From Octopus sinensis (lineage: Eukaryota): 64,000 nucleotides of DNA. The stretch covers positions 98,270,001 through 98,334,000 of the forward strand of contig NC_042998.1 in assembly GCF_006345805.1 (NCBI RefSeq). The letters run 5' to 3'. Below are positions 24,596 to 36,800 of the stretch, in pieces. The notes below the pieces were generated by a model. That model did no database searches. It worked only from the letters and a program-made list of their open reading frames with translations, and had not been told where the DNA came from. The position numbers and the translations under genes were made by a program. Positions within the stretch are counted from its first letter, which is position 1; every line of letters starts with the position of its first letter.

Positions 24596-26139
24596 GGAGG
24601 GTTTAGAATCAAGGGGCCTTAGAGTCAACCTAGCTAAAACCAAAGTACTAATAAGTAGAAAGGTAGACAATCCACAAATATCTTCAGGAAGATGGCCCTG
24701 TTCGATCTGTAGAAAAGGTGTAGGTAGAAACTCTATAAGATGTACCCAGTGTAAGCTATGGACACATAAGAGGTGCAGCAATGTCAAAGGTAGGCTAACT
24801 GGGAAGATAGTTTTTGTATGTGGCAGATGCTCGGGAGCATTAACCTCCGAAAATCTGCAGAAAACAACTTCCGTCACTTTCCAGGGGAAAAAACTAGAAG
24901 TAGTTGATAGCTTCCATTATCTAGGTGACCAAGTCAGTAGTGGGGGTGGGTGCGCTGAAAGTGTAACTGCTAGAATAAGAATAGCCTGGGCAAAGTTTAG
25001 GGAGCTCTTACCTCTGCTGGTGACTAAAGGCCTCTCGCTCAGAGTAAAAGGCAGACTGTATGATGCGTGTGTACGAACAGCCATGCTACATGGCAGCGAA
25101 ACATGGGCTGTGACTGCTGAGGACATGCGTAAGCTCGTGAGGAATGAAGCCAGTATGCTCCGATGGATGTGTAATGTCAGTGTACATACTCGACAGAGCG
25201 TTAGCACCTTGAGAGAAATGTTGTACCTAAGAAGCATCAGTTGTGGTGTGCAAGAGAGACGATTGCGCTGGTATGGTCATGTGGCGAGAATGGATGAAGA
25301 TAGGTGTGTGAGAAACTGCCAATCCCTAGCAGTTGAGGGAACCCGTGGAAGAGGTAGACCCAGGAAAACCTGGGACGAGGTGGTGAAGCACGACCTTCGA
25401 ACTTTAGGCCTCACTGAGGAAATGACCAGAGACCGAGACCTTTGGAAATATTCTGTACGTGAGAAGACCAGGCAGGACAAGTGAGCCCAGCCCACTTATG
25501 AATGCCTTTCCTCCCTTGGACACAAAGACCGGTTGAGGCAAGCGAAGTCGATATAGAACCTCATCCGACGACAGACACCCATGCCAACCCCCCATGCTTG
25601 CGAAGACATGTTGGGGCAAGCGAAATCGAAACCGAATTGAACCAGCCAGGATCCCTGGCCTGGTGGTACGTAAAAAGCACTATCCGACTCGTGGCCGTGG
25701 CACGTAAAATACTCCAATGCGACCGTACGACAGGCACCCATGCCAACCCCCTTTGCTTGTGAAGACATGTTGGGGCAAGCGAAATCGAAATCGAATTGAA
25801 CCAGCCAGGATCCCTGGTCTGGTGGTACGTAAAAAGCACTATCCGACTCGTGGCCGATGCCAGCACCGCCTCGACTGGCTTCCGTGCCGGTGGCACATAA
25901 AATACACCAATCTGACCGTGGCCGTTGCCAGCCCCGTCTGGCACCTGTGCAGGTGGCACGTAAAAAGCACCCACTACACTCACGGAGTGGTTGGCGTTAG
26001 GAAGGGCATCCAGCTGTAGAAACATTGCCAAATTAGACTGGAGCCTGGTGCAGCCTTCTGGCTTCCCAGAACCCCGGTCGAACCGTCCAACCCATGCTAG
26101 CATGGAGAACGGACGTTAAACGACGATGATGATGATGAT
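24596..26139 (+). mobile_element. 5'-truncated copy of the same young RTE LINE, nested in a hAT element
   Basis: From GGAGGGTTTAGAATC onward it is roughly 99% identical by eye to 55495-57198. ORF 24540-25484 has the PHD insert and RT C-terminus in one frame. (GAT)n tail at 26124-26139. Confidence 0.95.
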
Positions 26140-26207
26140 CTCTTCTCCAACGAGTTATTTTTACTGATTTATTTCATTATTGTATTTTTCAAATAATACA
26201 TTTATTG

Positions 26208-26347
26208 GCTGAGGTAAATAATATGCACACCACCTGTTTTTGGCATAACCCTAATACTAAACTAACCCGAAACATAACCCTAATCCTAACCCTAAACCTA
26301 ACCCTAACTGCCAAAAATGGTTGGTGTGCATAATCTTTACCTTCACC
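26208..26347. mobile_element. 140-bp MITE with ~38-bp TIRs, 10-bp TSD and telomere-like core
   Basis: Left arm GCTGAGGTAAATAATATGCACACCACCTGTTTTTGGCA against right arm TGCCAAAAATGGTTGGTGTGCATAATCTTTACCTTCACC; ACATTTATTG at 26198-26207 and 26348-26357; core of degenerate TAACCC. Confidence 0.75.
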
Positions 26348-26584
26348 ACATTTATTGTTATCATTTAAAATCTCATTTGTTTCTTCTTCTTGTCCTTGCC
26401 ACCATACACTTACCTGTTTCCACCTTTATCATCATCATTATCACCCACATTATACAAGTTATTAGCCATAACCAACTGGTATTATTACAATTGTAATATG
26501 AGAGATGAGACTTTTGAATACAATAAAAGGTCTGCCATTAAAAAAATAGAATTATTCAGATTCTTTCTTCTTTCTTTCTTTTCT

Positions 26585-26966
26585 TCTTTTATTTGTTTCA
26601 GTCATTTGACTGTAGCCATGCTGGAGCACCACCTTTAGTCGAACAGATTGACCCCAGGACTTATTCTTTGTAAGCCTGGTACTTATTTTATTGGTCTCTT
26701 TTTGCCGAACCACTAAGTTATGAGGAAGTGAACACACCAACATCGGTTCTCAAGAGATGGTGTAGGGACAAACACAGACACACAAACATACACACACAAA
26801 CACACATACGACGGGCTTCTTTCAGTTTCAGCCTACCAAATCCACTCACAAGGCTTTGGTTGGCCCAAGGCTATAGTTGAAGACACTTGCCCAAGGTGCC
26901 ATGCAGTGGGACTGAACCCGGAACCATGTGGTTGGTAAGCAAGCTACTTACCACATTGCCACTCCT
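26585..26966 (-). repeat. SINE family A, nested in the hAT element
   Basis: Reverse complement, full length. Confidence 0.9.
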
Positions 26967-27019
26967 GTAAAATTTTTAATTTAGATTTAAATTTTATTCG
27001 TAGGAAAACATTTTGATGA

Positions 27020-28800
27020 CCATGAATGTAAAACAAAGAAAGGTAAGATGCTGAATGCTGAATTTCCCAAGATTATTTCTCCATTGAGCACAGTGGGAAC
27101 CTGATTTGTCTCATATGTCTAGAAAGCACTGCTGTGAATAAGGTAGCAAATATTAGGCGACATTACGAGATGTATCATTATGAAAATTTTAGGACAAGCA
27201 AGGAAAGACGAAGTTGAGCAGTTGAAGCCTAGTTTTGGAAAACAAACATCATTTTTTTAAATCAGAAAAGGCCAAAATGTGGCAAATACAATTGCCAGTT
27301 ATGAAGTCTCAAAATGCATCACTGAAAAGACGAAACCTTTTACAGATGGTGATGTTTTAAAGACTGCTAATTGTCAGTGTTGGATATTGTTCATGCAGAA
27401 AAAAGTTTTTATTTGAAACTATCGGCCTATCTCCATGGACGGTCACATGGCGGGTTGAAGAAACGTCAGCAGATGTTTAAAATCAATTAATCAATGCCTG
27501 CAGTGAATTACAATATTTGTCGATTGCAGAGTACAGACTTAAGTGACACTGCACAACTTACTGTCTTTGTGTGAGGAGTGACTTCAACTTTTTAGATCTT
27601 TGAAGAATTTATTCAGTTAATTCCTGTGAAGAAAACCATAATAGGAGCAGACATCTTTGAAGCTTTGTTGAAAATGATACCAGAAACGAAGTTTGATTTT
27701 TTGAAGCTAATTGGCTTCAAAAAATCAACTGATGGTGCCCCAGCATCTTTAGAATGAAATTTAGATCTCAAATAAAAAAAAGCCTTTGTTGCACTATTGC
27801 AAGAATATATAGAAAGCCTTGAAATCACTTATAAACTTGTTAAAATTCATTATATTATCCATCATGAGACATTGTGTGCCATGTCTTTGAAATTTAAGAA
27901 TGTTATGGATATTGTTGTGAAGGCCATAAATTTGCTCCTATCTCGTGGATTAAATCATTGTCAATTTAAACAGTTTTTGCTAATTACTGAGGCAGAATAT
28001 GGTGACCTTGCTTATTTCTGCAATGTACACTGGCTTAGCTGAGGATCAATGTTAAAAAGAGTACTTGCCTTACACAAAGAGGCAGCGATATTTCTCAAAA
28101 ACAAATGTATGGATAGTTCACATGTTTGAGATCCTGATTGGCTTGCAACTTTGGCATTTATTGTGGATATTGGGACTCATTTAAATAACTTAAATTTACA
28201 ACTTCAAGGTAAAACTCAGCTTGAAAAGGAAATGTATAACCATAATGTTACCTTTGAAAAAGAGCTACAGTTGTGGGAACATCAACTTTGAAATAAAATT
28301 TATGTACATTTTCCATCATTTCAAAGAAGGAAACCACAGGATTCAGAAGTATTTGTGAATATAATCCAGGATTTGAGAAATTAATTTGCATCACTTTTTG
28401 CTGACTTTCGTCTGCATGCAAATCAGTTTAAATTGCTTGCTACACCATTTGATGTGGAGGTGGAGACAGTATCAGAATGTTTCCAAATGGAATTGATTGA
28501 TATGCAGTGTGACGACTTATTGAGATCTAAATTTCATTCTAAAGATGTTTCATTGATTGACTTCTATGCAAAATATATTTTTCCAAGTGGGAAGTATACC
28601 AACTTAGTGAATCATGCAAAAAAATAGCATCATTGTTTGGAAGCACTTATCAGCGTGAGCAATTATTTTCCAAATTTAAGTAAACTAAGAACAGGATTAA
28701 CTGATGATTATCTTGATAATATCTTGCTCTTGGCATCAACAAGTTTGAAGCCTAGTATTGAGAAGCTTTCAAGGAACAAAAAACATCAAGTTTCTCATTC
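27020..28800 (+). pseudogene. GTF2IRD2/SPIN-like hAT transposase pseudogene
   Basis: Remnants ASYEVS…KPFTDG, STD..DTAQL.VF, TDGAPAS, HYIIHHETLC, VHWLS*G, LAFIVDI..HLN.LNLQLQG, FQMELIDMQC and FGSTY; many stops and frameshifts. Confidence 0.85.
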
Positions 28801-29574
28801 ATTTGTTTGGCTGCAATATATTTTTAAGATTTTTTAAACAAATGATTCCAAAGATCTCTTAAATTGAATAAATGGTGTTTTTCCATTACTACATTCGTCT
28901 GTGGTTAGTACAAATTATTTTTAAGTATTGTCGACACTCATGATTAAAATATAGCTTGTGTAATTTTCCATAATTATTCTTTTATGGCTTTCGTCCAGCC
29001 TGCTATCTGTCATTAAAACTCGATCCTGCTTGTGGAGGCAAAGAAGTTGCCAACCCTTGGCTTAATACCATATTCTATTGACAATGAAATAAAGAAGCAT
29101 GTTCTTGAAGTTTTATGGTTATTCATTCTAAAATTATAACAAGTCCTGCACTGTGGCAAATATCACACACAGGACAAGAGGTTAGATTTTGATGATTAAA
29201 GCTTGCAATTTGGTTTTTACATGGAGCCAGCACTCTTACCCATCTCTAAACATCTCTCCTCACAATCTTATGAAACATCTCCCTCTATCCTCTCTGTACC
29301 TCTTATATTAATTCCCACTGGACCTTGTGCATATGTCTTGATACATCTCCAACACCATCTATTTCTCTCTCTCTCACTTTGTTTTTCTCAATAACTATAT
29401 TTCTCTTTCCTCTCCTTTCTTTTCCTTTTGAGATAACCAAGTATCTCATGTATAGTAAGACACCTATTTCTACCCCTCTTTAATACTATAACCTCTCAAT
29501 CAGCACAGCACAAAGTCACCTCCCTCAGTACTACTCCCTCCCAGCCAAGGTGGTCTTTGTCTTGTAAGTTAGTT

Positions 29575-29797
29575 GGCAACCCTGCTGGTGCTGGTACCAT
29601 GTAAAGAGCACCAGCGTTGGTGCCACATAAAAAGTACCCTGTACACTCTGTAAAGTGCATGGCATTAGGGAGAGCATCCAACTACAGAAACCATACCAAA
29701 GCAGACAAAGGAGCCCGGTGCAGTTCTCTGAATCGTCAGCTCCTGTCAAACTGTTCAATCCATGCCAGCATAGAAAACGGATGTTAAATGATGATGT
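29575..29797 (+). repeat. RTE 3'-tail element
   Basis: Two motif copies + terminal module + GAT tail. Confidence 0.8.
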
Positions 29798-29957
29798 AGA
29801 GAGGACACTAATATCATATTAGATAACCCTTTTTGTGCCAGTGACACATTAAAATACACTCAGTCCTGGCTTTAAAGTTGTTTCTGAGAGGAAAAGTATC
29901 CAACTCTAAAACACAAGAAAATATGACAATCAAATCAATGAAAACATCTCTCTCTCT

Positions 29958-30285
29958 TTTACTCTTTTACTTGTTTCAGTCATTTGACTGCGGCTATGCT
30001 AGAACACCGCCTTTCATTGAACAAATCAATCCCAGGACTTATTCTTTGTAAGCCTAGTACTTATTCTATCGGTCTCTTTTGCCGAACCGCTAAGTTACGG
30101 GGACGTAAACACACTAACATCAGTTGTCAAGCGATGTTGGGGGGGACAAACACACACACAAACATATACATATATACGACGAGCTTCTTTTCAGTTTCCA
30201 TCTACCAAATCCACTCACAAGGCTATAGTAGAAGACACTTGCCCAAGGTGCCATGCAGTGGGACTGCGTGGCACCTTGGGCAAGT
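29958..30285 (-). repeat. SINE family A, 5'-truncated with foldback end
   Basis: Reverse-complement copy ending in a 22-bp hairpin at 30237-30285. Confidence 0.88.
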
Positions 30286-30559
30286 ATCTAATTACATTTA
30301 TAAGACTAACATTTGTCATGTTAGTGTTGTGCACAAGAGTGAGGTGGCCAGGTGGGAACATCTGGCTTTGTACAAGAATGTACTTAAGTGTCCTCAAATA
30401 ATTGTGCCAAACCTCTAGCTTTCAGATGTAGAAAATACACACCAAACAACTCAGACACCATTAGAAATTTTCCTTTCCCTGTTTAAAACAAATCTCAGAG
30501 ATGTCACTAAAAGAATTGGCATAATAAAAGTTTGGTTTAGAGAAATTGTTGAATTGCTG

Positions 30560-33500
30560 AGTGGAAGTGTAGGTGGACAAAAGTTAAAATAGAGGGGAGT
30601 TTTAACCAGACTCTTTACAGGCCAGAAATATCAGTACACGTCCTTCTGCATGAGTAACAACACTAGGGTGGATAGAGTTGGCATATTATTGGCAAAGTAA
30701 TGCATAAATGCATAGATAAAATAATTGAGGTAGTCAGAGAATGTGACAAAATAATTAAAGTTGGACTCATCATCATCATCATCATCGTTTAACATCTGCT
30801 TTCCATGCTAGCATGGGTTGGACGATTTGACTGAGGATTGGTGAACCAGATGGCTGCACCAGGCTCCAATCTTGATCTGGCAGAGTTTCTACAGCTGGAT
30901 GCCTTTCCTAACGCCAACCACCCCAAGAGTGTAGTGGGTGCTTTTACATGCCACCGGCATGAAGGCTAGTCAGGCAGTACTGTTAATGGCCACACTCAAA
31001 TGGTGTTTTTTATGTGCCACCTGCACAGGAGCCAGTCCAGCGGCACTGGCAACAACCTCGCTTGAATGTTTTTTCACATGCCACCGGCACAAGTGCCAGT
31101 AAGGTGACACTGGTAATGATCATGCTCGAATGGTGCTTTTTACATGCCACCAGCACGGAAGCCAGTTAACCGCTCTGGCAATGATCATGCTCGGATGGTG
31201 CTCTTAGTGCTCCACTAGCAACAGTAGTGATATCTGCATATGCATCACAATCAGGATTTACAGATGAGCAAAATGACCATTTCTAAGGGCCTCTCTTGTG
31301 CACTATCTTCACAATAGATGACAGGGTCCTGGTTATCCCAACTGGTGAATTTAATGGACATGCTGAGCAAGACTATAATAATTGTTTCAAGTATATGGAG
31401 ACTATGGCTTAATGCCTGGAATGAAGAGATCAAAGCTCACGGAATTTTGTGATGCAAATGACTCACCATCTGAAATACTAATTTCAGGAAACAACCAGCT
31501 AACTAATCACAAAATAGACAGGTAAATGTGCAAATTAGATAGAATACTCATGAATAAATGGAATATATAGATGCTTGTCAATACTACATGTTCTCCAGTG
31601 AAAAATGTCCCACTTGAAATACTCTGATAAGTGATATCAAAGTAGGTAAGTGTCAAGCAAAAGACAACCTGGAGAAGGAAGAAATGGAGACAGATTCCTG
31701 AGCCAGATGTATATTCGAGGAAGTACTTGGTGATATGTATGTTGAGAAGGAGGAGGAGATAGAAATCTATAAATGTTGAGGATAATTGGGAGCTTCAATG
31801 AGACAACTTGCAGTGAGTCACAGACCAGATCTGTGGGAGCAAGGTTCCAGCACAATTGAAAGTGACAGGCTAGAAAGAGCCACGAAAGCTAAGACACTAT
31901 CAGAACAATATCAGATAATTAGATGAGAAGCCAAACATCAGATATACTCAGTAAAGATAGAAACAGAAAGTAAGAGGGTTCCAATATTCCTCCATGTGAG
32001 GTGTATTAGATGGAAAAGCATCAACAGTATGAAGACTTTGTTGGTGAGAAGTTTGTCTATAATAACAGTGAAGCTGCCGTACTGACTGGTTGTGAGAAGA
32101 AGAAATGAAGGATATATTATTATGAGAAGCTACTGAAAAAGGAGAATGTGTAGAGGAGAAAAACAGGCGAGGTGAAATCAATCTAGCAGAGAGATTAGCT
32201 ATTGAAATTAAGTTGTGTGGTTTCCCAGGAAAAGCTGTTAGACCATCAAGGATAGTTGCTGAGATGCTGAAAACATCTAGTGTGATAGCATGTGTGCAAG
32301 TCACTCACATAGCAAATCAGATTGTACAAGCAATTCTTACTGACTGGCTTAGCAGCATCACCTACTACAAAGACAAGAAGATGCTCTTGAGGGAAGTAAA
32401 TATAGAGGTATCAGATAGATAAACCAAGTAAATAACAGTTGCAGTTAGTTTTATTCTTGTTTTGTTTTATTTTACCAGCTGCAAAGAAAATTTAAATTAA
32501 AAACTTTTTGCATATGGCAATTTAACTGACTTCATGCCATTTGCCCATTCAAGTAATTTTCCTTAGCTCATCGTATTTTTATTTTAAAACTATGCAGCAC
32601 CAGCAACCAAATATAGAAGCTGTAAATCATAGTGGGATATATTTAAGTCTTTAAAAAAGGAAAACTACTCAAGATTGAAATATTGTTTGATTTTAAGGAG
32701 AAAACCAAAATCTCTTTGATGCATTTTTGTCAATATAAACTGGAAATGGTGTGTTTATACACATTTAGTAGAGGAGGTTCTTTGATTAAGAAGTTAACCA
32801 TGAAATACAGGGATTTTGCTCCTTTTCTGTTTTGAAATCAGATCTTGGCTGGTATAATGGAGTTTTTCACATTTAGTAAAAATGAATTCTGATAGACTAC
32901 TTCAGAACTTTCACAAGTTAATAACTAGGTTCTCATGGCAAAAATCTGTTAAAGGAGTGCAGAAAAAAGCTCCAAATCTGAAAAGTGGTCCAGAGTGAAA
33001 ACAATCACAAAAGTTAACGTGTATAAAGACTGGTATACAAAGCTTAAGGGCATCTAGGAAGTGATATTGTTCAATGTTAAATAAAAAGTAAATAGGAACT
33101 CAATACTGAATACACTGTGCAAGTAATGGTTAAACAAGAAAAGTTAGAGTTATCAGATTTATAAGAATGATTAGCATCTGGGATACTTGTGAAGTAAAGT
33201 TCAAAGATTGCTCAGATGGTTTGTTTGATGTAGCACTTAGTTTCTGCTCTGTAGCTCATATAATTTGTGCAGGAAATAGTTATGAAAGTCTAGTAGTAGA
33301 GTAAGAAACAGGCCAAAGTTCAGTGGATTGTTGCATCTGATAATAGTAGAGGGTTTCTCTATTTGTGCTAAAGGTAGATTATATAAAGCTTATGCTAAAA
33401 ATACAATACTGCATTGTTGTGAGACATGATAATCATACAGAAGATCTACAGAAACTAGAAGGAACGAGTAAATTAGAACCTGTTTGATGTGGAATTTCAT

Positions 33501-33560
33501 ATAAAGCTGAAGAAGATTTAAGAAGGGAACACATTATCTGATGGCATTTATCCTACAAGT
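30560..33560 (+). mobile_element. Highly decayed long RTE copy (APE and RT remnants), interrupted by a younger tail insertion
   Basis: Remnants VISAYASQSG, GEFNGHAEQ, EFCDAND, HYEKLL, GKAVRPSRIVAEMLK and KGRLYKAY are colinear with the young RTE. Confidence 0.6.
30772..31205 (-). repeat. RTE 3'-tail element with motif array
   Basis: (CAT)n at 30768-30787, terminal module and several reverse-complement motif copies. Confidence 0.85.
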
Positions 33561-33639
33561 CAGCTTTATGATGAAAGATGTTCTGGCCACGGACATTCCA
33601 TTTTAGTTTCAGTCATACTATATTTAAAATTACTCTTGT

Positions 33640-34025
33640 ACTGGTGGCACGTAAAAAGCACCATCGGAATGTGACCGATACCAGTACCCACTGACTGGTT
33701 CTCATGCCAGTGGCACGTAAAAAGCACCAACCGAATATGGTCTATGCCAGTACCCCTTGACTGGCTTCCATGCTGGTGGCATGTAAAAAGCACTATCTGA
33801 ACATGATCGATGCCACATCTACCTGACTGGTTCCTGCTCCGGTGGCATGTAAAAAGCACCCACTACACTCTCGGAGTGATTGGCGTTAGGAAGGGCATCC
33901 AACTGCAGAAACATTGCCAGATCAGAATGGAGCCTGGTGCAGCTGCTGGCTCTCCAGGCCTCAGTCAAACCCTCCAACCCATGCCAGCATGGGAAACAGA
34001 CATTAAACGACGATGATGATGATGA
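33640..34025 (+). repeat. RTE 3'-tail element with four ~63-bp motif units
   Basis: GGTGGCAYGTAAAAAGCAC four times, then terminal module and GAT tail. Confidence 0.9.
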
Positions 34026-34119
34026 ATGTTTTATTTCTGTTTAAAATTGGGACATGATTTGAGAGAAGTTTGGCTACTATTTCTAGTACGTTATATGTAA
34101 AGTATCCCTCACAGAGGAA

Positions 34120-34512
34120 AGGTAGCTCTGCTGGTAGAGATATATGGGTGGCACGTAAAAAGCACCTTTTGAGCATTGGACCTCACAGAGGCAAAGTGAC
34201 TGAGCTCCTTTCAAGTGTTTGGCCTCACAGAAGCAATAACAGAGACCTTTGGCATAATGTTGTGCTTGAGAAGAAGATCCATCAAACCAAGTAAAATCAC
34301 AGTTATGGCAGATAACAGTGTCATGCAAATGGCACCTGTGCAGGTGGCATGTAAAAGCACCCATTACACTCTCAGAGTGGTTGGTGTTAGGAAGGGCATT
34401 CAGCCAAGTCAGATTGGAGTTTGGTGCAGTCTTCCAGCTTGCAAGCCCTGATCAAACCATCCAACCCATGCCAGCATGGACAATGGATGCTAAATGATGA
34501 TGATAATGATGA
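34120..34512 (+). repeat. RTE 3'-tail element
   Basis: Motif copies near 34148 and 34345, terminal module, GAT tail. Confidence 0.75.
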
Positions 34513-34519
34513 GAGAATG

Positions 34520-35110
34520 TCACCTTAGTGAAAAAGTGGCATGAGTTAAAAGTAGGCCTGAGAAAATTGAAGTGGGGTAGGATTGGACACACAAGAGGTG
34601 CAGTGGATTAATAGGAAGGTTATCAGAGAAGATAGTTTTCATATGTGGAAGAAACACAGAATCCATAAAAAACTATAGAGACTCAAGAAATTGATTCCCT
34701 CAAATGCCCTGGTGGCTCATTAGATGTAGTAGGTAATTTCTGCTACCTTGGGGAACAAATTAATAGTGCAGGTGGACACATGGAGACTGTGATAGTTAGA
34801 ATAAGAATAAGAAGGAGGAAATTCAGAGAGCTGTTACCTCTGTTGGCCACGAAAGGTTTCTCCCACTGAGTGAAAAGAAGATTGTATGGTGCATGTATAT
34901 GGACAGTAATTCTATATGATAGTGAGACGTAGGCCCTGAATGCAGAGGACATGCGATGGATAGAAAGGAATAAGTGGGAAACCCAGAAAGACATGGGATG
35001 AAGTACTGAGGAATGACCTCAGGACACTGAACCTTTCAGGTGAGGTGACAAAGGACCGAGATGCCTGGCATCTTGCCGTACTTAAGAAGACCCATACTCC
35101 ACAGCAAAAG
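34520..35110 (+). mobile_element. Decayed, internally deleted RTE 3' coding fragment
   Basis: WTHKRCSGLIGRL..KIVFICG, KFRELLPLLATKG, YDSET and KTWDEVLRNDLRTL remnants. Confidence 0.75.
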
Positions 35111-35149
35111 TGTTAAGACTGATATTTCTGGTGGTATAAATCACTTGTG

Positions 35150-35477
35150 TAGTGGTGCCATATAAAAGCACTCATGTGATGCCATGTAAAAGCGCCCATG
35201 CAGTGCCTTGTAAAAGTGCCAATGCAGTGTCATATAAAAGTGCCCATGTGGCATCACTTAAAAGTATCCATGTGGGACCACATAAAAGTGCCAATGTGGT
35301 GCCCTGTAAAAGCACCCCAGCACACTCTGTAAAGTGGTTGGTATTAGGAAGGGCATTCAGCCATAGAGCCCATGCCAAATCAGTGGTAGTCAGAGTATAT
35401 GAACTCCCCTGCTCTGGTCAAACCGTCCAACCCATGCCAACATGGACAACAGTCATGAAAAATGATGATGATGATGA
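35150..35477 (+). repeat. RTE 3'-tail element with ~22-bp degenerate tandem array
   Basis: About eight GTGCCATGTAAAAGCAC-like units at ~22-bp period, then terminal module and GAT tail. Confidence 0.85.
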
Positions 35478-35999
35478 CTGACAATAATTACTTCCAGCCT
35501 ATGTTGCTTGCTTTAATGAAATTAAGTGAAATCCATGCCTGTGATTTAAGTTACATTCATGGTTGAGCAGACAGATGATCTGACAATTCAGCCATGAACA
35601 TTCCAATTGTTAAAAGATACATTTAGGACAACATCCAATGTGTCAATTCCTTATTTAAGGTACTAGAATGTGGTGATTTGAGGAAGAGAGTGTGATGTTT
35701 TTTAGTAAGGAGAAAGTTCCTTCGTTATTTTGTCTACTATTTAGTGGTGGCTTGAATAACATTTGTTGCTTATCAGTTGTCCAACTGACCAAAACTAAGA
35801 TAGATTCAAAATATTTAGATTAAGATAATGTAAATCAAGGAGTTAAATATCATTAATTAGTTTTTTTTCTAATCTTTCTTACTACATATCGATGTACAAT
35901 AATGTACACGACTTATTTTTCATGTAGGTGTTGTCAAGTATTTTTCAATCATTATGGCAATGTTTGATGCTTATTCATGTACATTATTAGACATCAATG

Positions 36000-36800
36000 T
36001 GGTGATTTTCTTATGACTAATCTCATAAATGTAGAACTAATATGGCTAACGAGGTTCAATAAGACTAAAATATGTCTGTGGTTGTTGCCCATACTTGCCA
36101 ATATAATAAAATTAGTCACTGAGGTGATGTTCTCTAATCTTCACTGTATAAGCATTATTGATTGATTAGATTCTCCCTTCACTACATTAATCAAGCTGGA
36201 ACTTACTGAACTCTCTGCTTTCTCTCACTCAGACTTCCATTCAATCATTGCTCTGATTTTTGCTCCAATTTCATGTTTTCAATTTTGAAATCTATCTTTT
36301 ATACTGTACTTTGTCAAATACTTTACTAAAGTTCTTGATGCATAACTAATACTTCAAATTTGTTAGGACTCTAATAAATTTGTGCTTAGTGAAGTGATTA
36401 ACTTGTATCTCTAATCAGTGAGTCTATAATTTTACACATAATTACTATAATTGCTTAACAGATATCGTTATTTTTTTCTTTTTGTATAAGGTAGTATTAT
36501 TCACTAGTTTTCTGTCTTCTGATTCAAACACTAATTATTCATTCTTGTTTGAAATAATAGACTTAATGGTTTAGCAAGAACTGATGGCAACATTTTCAAT
36601 ATCCTCAATAGATCAACTGAACATTATTCTTTTCTCTGTTGGATTCCAAGTCAATTTTTCTTCCACACTAATGTCTAATTAGTGTAAGGATGGATATTGG
36701 TATGCATGAGTCATTTTTCAAATGCAATTCTGAAGAACTGAAGAGGCAAATTTACCTTACTTGGTATACTCATTTTCCCCCAGCTAATGGAGATAGTTTT
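36000..36800 (-). mobile_element. Ancient CR1-like remnant
   Basis: Minus strand ILKMLPSVLAKPLSLLF and FSKVFDKV remnants. Confidence 0.5.

Larger units (their letters stand above)
24024..29059 (+). mobile_element. Complete but decayed hAT (Buster/Charlie/SPIN-like) DNA transposon with nested insertions
   Basis: TIRs CAGGGATTGGCAAC (24024) and GTTGCCAACCCTTG (29046-29059). CTTAATAC on both flanks (24016-24023, 29061-29068; 1-nt offset). GTF2IRD2-like transposase remnants inside. Confidence 0.8.

Noticed and set aside
25404-26103. Overlapping ORFs in the RTE 3' UTR and antisense ORFs over the RTE coding region (also 56172-57164)
   Set aside because: By-products of GC-rich repeat sequence; no recognisable domains, and frames differ between the two sister copies.
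26246-26308. Telomere or chromosome-fusion scar
   Set aside because: Short, degenerate, single orientation and enclosed by TIRs and a TSD, so better explained as a MITE core.
33640-33862. CRISPR-like repeat-spacer pattern (also 8205-8435, 30945-31160, 61100-61260)
   Set aside because: Eukaryotic context, no cas genes, spacers are homologous to each other, and the arrays are part of RTE 3' UTRs.
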